The notes below the pieces were generated by a model. That model ran no database searches and was not told where the DNA came from. It worked only from the letters and a program-made list of their open reading frames with translations. The position numbers and the translations under genes were made by a program. From Pseudobacteriovorax sp. (lineage in GTDB: Bacteria; Bdellovibrionota_B; Oligoflexia; Oligoflexales; Oligoflexaceae), in NCBI GenBank assembly GCA_050293845.1, contig JBNKNM010000003.1, positions 35,447-96,968 on the forward strand: a stretch of DNA of 61,522 bases, given 5' to 3'. Positions within the stretch are counted from its first letter, which is position 1. The number at the start of each line of letters is the position of its first letter. Shown in pieces: positions 58,700 to 61,522 of this stretch.

Positions 58700-58969
58700 G
58701 TGGCTGATTCTAAATTGTGATATATTCCCTAGTCACCGACAAGCATGCCATCAATGAAGGCTCCAAGCCAATCGCCTTTTCCTGCCTCCGGCATCTTCTT
58801 GTACTGATCTATTTGACTTCTCTTAAACTGGTCGTATTATGTAGTTACCCCAGTGATAACCGGGATTGCTTGGAGTTTGCACTACTGTAAAGATATCCTT
58901 ATTCTGGATAGCCTCTGAAAATCTGGCAAAGATAAAATCGGTCAGGCGACCGAGCGAATGAACTTTCAA
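58700..58969 (-). pseudogene. GNAT-family acetyltransferase remnant with internal deletion
   Basis: GGAGG RBS + TTG: KVHSLGRLTDFIFARFS...QTPSNPGYHWGNYII, then jumps to RSQIDQYKKMPEAGKGDWLGAFIDGMLVGD*GIY. Confidence 0.6.
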
Positions 58970-59025
58970 TTGGTATCCTCCAGCAGCTTTACTAGATAAA
59001 TTTAAGCAAAAACAGGTGGAATTAT

Positions 59026-60717
59026 ATGTCAAAAGTGACAGGTCCGGTAGTTGCAGTTATTTTAGCAATAATCTCTGCTAGCCTAGCGGCAATCTGGGCA
59101 CCCGGTGATTGGCTAGAGGGAACCTACAGACTTCGCATCAGTAATCCGGTGAAAGGACATGATGTAGGTCAGTTTACCCTTCAGCAGCCATTCGACCCTG
59201 ATGGGAAGATCGAGTTTAACTGGCGTAATTATCGCTTAGAACTCCTACCAGACACAAAATATAACGAGGATGGAATATGGCGATTTTTTATAAAACTACC
59301 TAGTAGCATTCAGCCGCAGGATTTTAATGACCTAAGGGAGTGGAAGCTTAGTATCAAGCCACCCAACCTACCCGAACAACCGATTCCCATCAAGGTTCGC
59401 AGTCTAGATAAACTAGTAGCAGAAAGGCGTCCCGCAAAAGGAATGGGTTTTGCTTTTGCCATGCTTGCGCTATTAATTTGCCTGTGGATGAGCGAAGCAC
59501 TGCCCTTATTTGCCAGCGCCCTTTGCCTCCCCGTAGCCATGGTATTTGCGGGCTTCTCCCCCACCTACGCCCTAGCGCCCTTTGCCGATCCCCTTATTTA
59601 TCTTTTTCTGGGTAGTTTTCTTCTGGCGCGAGGACTACAAACCACCGGTTGGGATAAACGGTTCGCGCACATAGTTGTCGCTCGCACCAGTCACAGCGCT
59701 AAGCTGCTGTTCGCTAGCTTTCTAACCTTAGCCGCATGTCTCTCCATGTGGATGTCAAACACAGCTTCCGCAGCGGTTCTGCTACCCATAGTTCTTGCCA
59801 GCACCGAGACCCTGAATTCTAAACCGTTTCAGAAAATGCTCATTCTTGGGGTCGCCTATGCTTCTACAATCGGAGGTGTTGCCACCTTGATAGGAACTCC
59901 AGGAAATGCGATCACTGCACGATTCTTATCTTCATATTCCAATGACCCCATAAGCTTTGCCGGCTGGTTTGCCTTTGCCTTTCCCTTCGTACTCTTGTTC
60001 TTGCCCATCATGGGCGTTTACCTATGGTGCAGTATGCAGGTAAAGGTCAGCGAAAGCTCCCTAAATGCCCTAAAAGACCAGCTTGAAAGCCAAGGAGGAT
60101 CTGGCCATCCCCTCACCCTAAAGCAATGGGCTATGCTCTTGGTTTTCATGGGAGCCATAATCACTTGGCTTAGCTCGTCCTGGCATGGAATACCTAGCTC
60201 GATCGTTGCCCTCTTAGCCGGCCTCGCCACCATTGTCATTGGAGCATTTAAAAGCGATGACCTCGGTAAGATTTCCTGGGAGGCTTTAATTGTCTTCGGT
60301 GGTGGATTAGCACTTGGTAATTTGCTCTCTGATACAGGCGCTTCAGACTGGATAGCTAGCGAAATTGGTAGTCTAGCAAATTTTCCACCCTGGCTGATGA
60401 TATTTATTATTGCAGCTCTAAGTTTACTGCTAACGGCCGTGGCGTCTAATACGGCATCAGCAGCAATTTTAGTACCTGTTCTTCTACCCTTAGCTCCCTA
60501 TCTTGGTCTTGAGCCGCTATTTTTAGGACTAATCGTTGCTATTGCCACTAGCATCGACTTTGCCATGGTGATCGGCACGCCTCCGACTATGCTAGCTTAT
60601 GCCACAGGTAAGCTTAGGGTTACTGAGATCTTTCATCGTGGGTTTATTTTAAATATTCTAGGACTCTTCCTGCTAGTTTTCGTCATGCGATTTTTTTGGC
60701 AGTGGGTAGTAAATTAA
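59026..60717 (+). CDS. DASS/SLC13 family anion:Na+ symporter with extra N-terminal soluble domain
   Basis: WMSEALP, SMWMSNTAS, IGTPGN, ISWEALIVFGGGL, ASNTAS, GTPP. Confidence 0.9.
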   Translation: MSKVTGPVVAVILAIISASLAAIWAPGDWLEGTYRLRISNPVKGHDVGQFTLQQPFDPDGKIEFNWRNYRLELLPDTKYNEDGIWRFFIKLPSSIQPQDFNDLREWKLSIKPPNLPEQPIPIKVRSLDKLVAERRPAKGMGFAFAMLALLICLWMSEALPLFASALCLPVAMVFAGFSPTYALAPFADPLIYLFLGSFLLARGLQTTGWDKRFAHIVVARTSHSAKLLFASFLTLAACLSMWMSNTASAAVLLPIVLASTETLNSKPFQKMLILGVAYASTIGGVATLIGTPGNAITARFLSSYSNDPISFAGWFAFAFPFVLLFLPIMGVYLWCSMQVKVSESSLNALKDQLESQGGSGHPLTLKQWAMLLVFMGAIITWLSSSWHGIPSSIVALLAGLATIVIGAFKSDDLGKISWEALIVFGGGLALGNLLSDTGASDWIASEIGSLANFPPWLMIFIIAALSLLLTAVASNTASAAILVPVLLPLAPYLGLEPLFLGLIVAIATSIDFAMVIGTPPTMLAYATGKLRVTEIFHRGFILNILGLFLLVFVMRFFWQWVVN

Positions 60718-60771
60718 ATTGACGATTTGATCTTGAGACGCGAAGTGTCGGGTTTCCATTTCCAGGGGAGC

Positions 60772-61038
60772 AGGTTCAATACGAGTCCGTTTACACGGAT
60801 AGCTTTTGGTTTCCTGACTATGGCGCTTAAGTCCTTGCCTGTGAACTTGAGTGCCATAAACATAACCATCATAGCCCTTATAACCGCGATCAACATAGGC
60901 ATCTTGAGGCTATTGTCCGAGTATATCTTTGACTTGATATCAACTATCTGAAAGGGTTTTACCATCGTAGTGGTTTTCTGCAAATGAGTGAGTTCCCACA
61001 ACAATGCTGTTTTCAGCAGTAGTAGCTAGAGAAACCAT
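60772..61038 (-). mobile_element. IS5-family transposase remnant (DDE core, pseudogene)
   Basis: VSLATT..SIVVG..F..N.YDGKTL..*..QV...G.*P..AYVDRGYKG...KR.RIEP with two in-frame stops. Confidence 0.8.
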
Positions 61039-61044
61039 AGCTCT

Positions 61045-61219
61045 GGGAAAAGTGAGGTAGAGCGCACCAGTGTCATAAACTTTATTGGCCGGATGGTTCA
61101 GCAGATTCTTCCACCAAGGTTTTAAGCGAATTCGTTACTACGGGCTTCAATCGCCGCATAATCGTAGCAGGCTTTCAGCTAAGGTTTGTGAGGCAGTGGG
61201 TCGGGCTGTACTCTCTTGA
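61045..61219 (+). mobile_element. IS91-family (Y2 rolling-circle) transposase C-terminal remnant
   Basis: FIGRMVQQILP, a frameshift, then GFKRIRYYGLQS. Confidence 0.75.
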
Positions 61220-61326
61220 TGGGAAAATAGGTCTCTAGCCAATCAATTTTAGTTATAGGTTGTGTCATAATGTAATAGTTGTAAAAAATCAGAACTCTGA
61301 ATTTCCTGATTCATTTTACCTATCCT

Positions 61327-61522
61327 TTGAACAAAATGCTCGCGCAATCTCGGTTCTTCAGGGCCGAGTCAAGCGAGTATAAGTGAGCCTGAGCGATTAG
61401 CGAAGGGTGAGCATACCTTTTCATTTCCACTATTTTCTCTTTTTACCAGTGAGTTCGAGAGACTTTCTAACCGCCTTCGGGTCTGGTGGTTCTCTTTGTT
61501 CTGCTACGTATTTCTTAACAAG
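61327..61522 (-). mobile_element. tnpA: IS200/IS605 element: tnpA 3' end and right end, continuing beyond the window
   Basis: LVKKYVAEQREP...* (Y..Q catalytic helix, stop 61430); downstream CTTGA-CTCGG...CCGAG hairpin and terminal TTCAA. Confidence 0.7.

Noticed and set aside
113..60951. Numerous 60-190 aa ORFs antisense to or nested in long genes (e.g. 25390..25851, 44118..44555, 49206..49769, 55186..55662)
   Set aside because: They are shadows of well-supported genes and have no motifs of their own.
60714..61004. ORFs 60714..61004 and 60727..60951
   Set aside because: They are alternative frames of the IS5 transposase pseudogene.
1..61522. CRISPR array, tRNA, rRNA, prophage or defence system
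   Set aside because: No regularly spaced repeats, cloverleaf or rRNA signatures, and no cas, integrase or structural phage genes recognised by eye.

Overview
Bacterial chromosomal window. The gene content suggests Bdellovibrionota/Oligoflexia (DUF6178, STAS-zinc-ribbon proteins, gliding-type TPR fragment, many secreted lipoproteases); this is inference, not a database result. Recognisable housekeeping genes are an acyl-CoA carboxylase alpha subunit, coaD, rsmD, speA, a YerC/HisR-led his operon lacking hisC, aldB-DUF779 and a stand-alone rpsD. The window also has many envelope or secreted proteins, a likely gamma-glutamylation catabolic cluster (GS-like, Fe-ADH, ALDH, FGase-like), several sigma28-like promoters, and decayed patches holding IS1634, IS200/IS605, IS5 and IS91 remnants plus nqrB, TPR and GNAT fragments. 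The best candidate for an undescribed system is an operon at about 30.1-33.9 kb: a carrier-less NRPS adenylation enzyme, a membrane NOX/ferric-reductase-like flavoprotein (together a split version of fungal NPS12-type proteins) and an enoyl-CoA hydratase. A second cluster of odd proteins lies at 10.6-14.7 kb: a DnaD/lambda-O-like protein, a sulfite-reductase half-module with a very long acidic tail, and an HTH-IrrE protein lacking its zinc ligands. I saw no rRNA, tRNA or CRISPR array. All family assignments come from motif recognition by eye.
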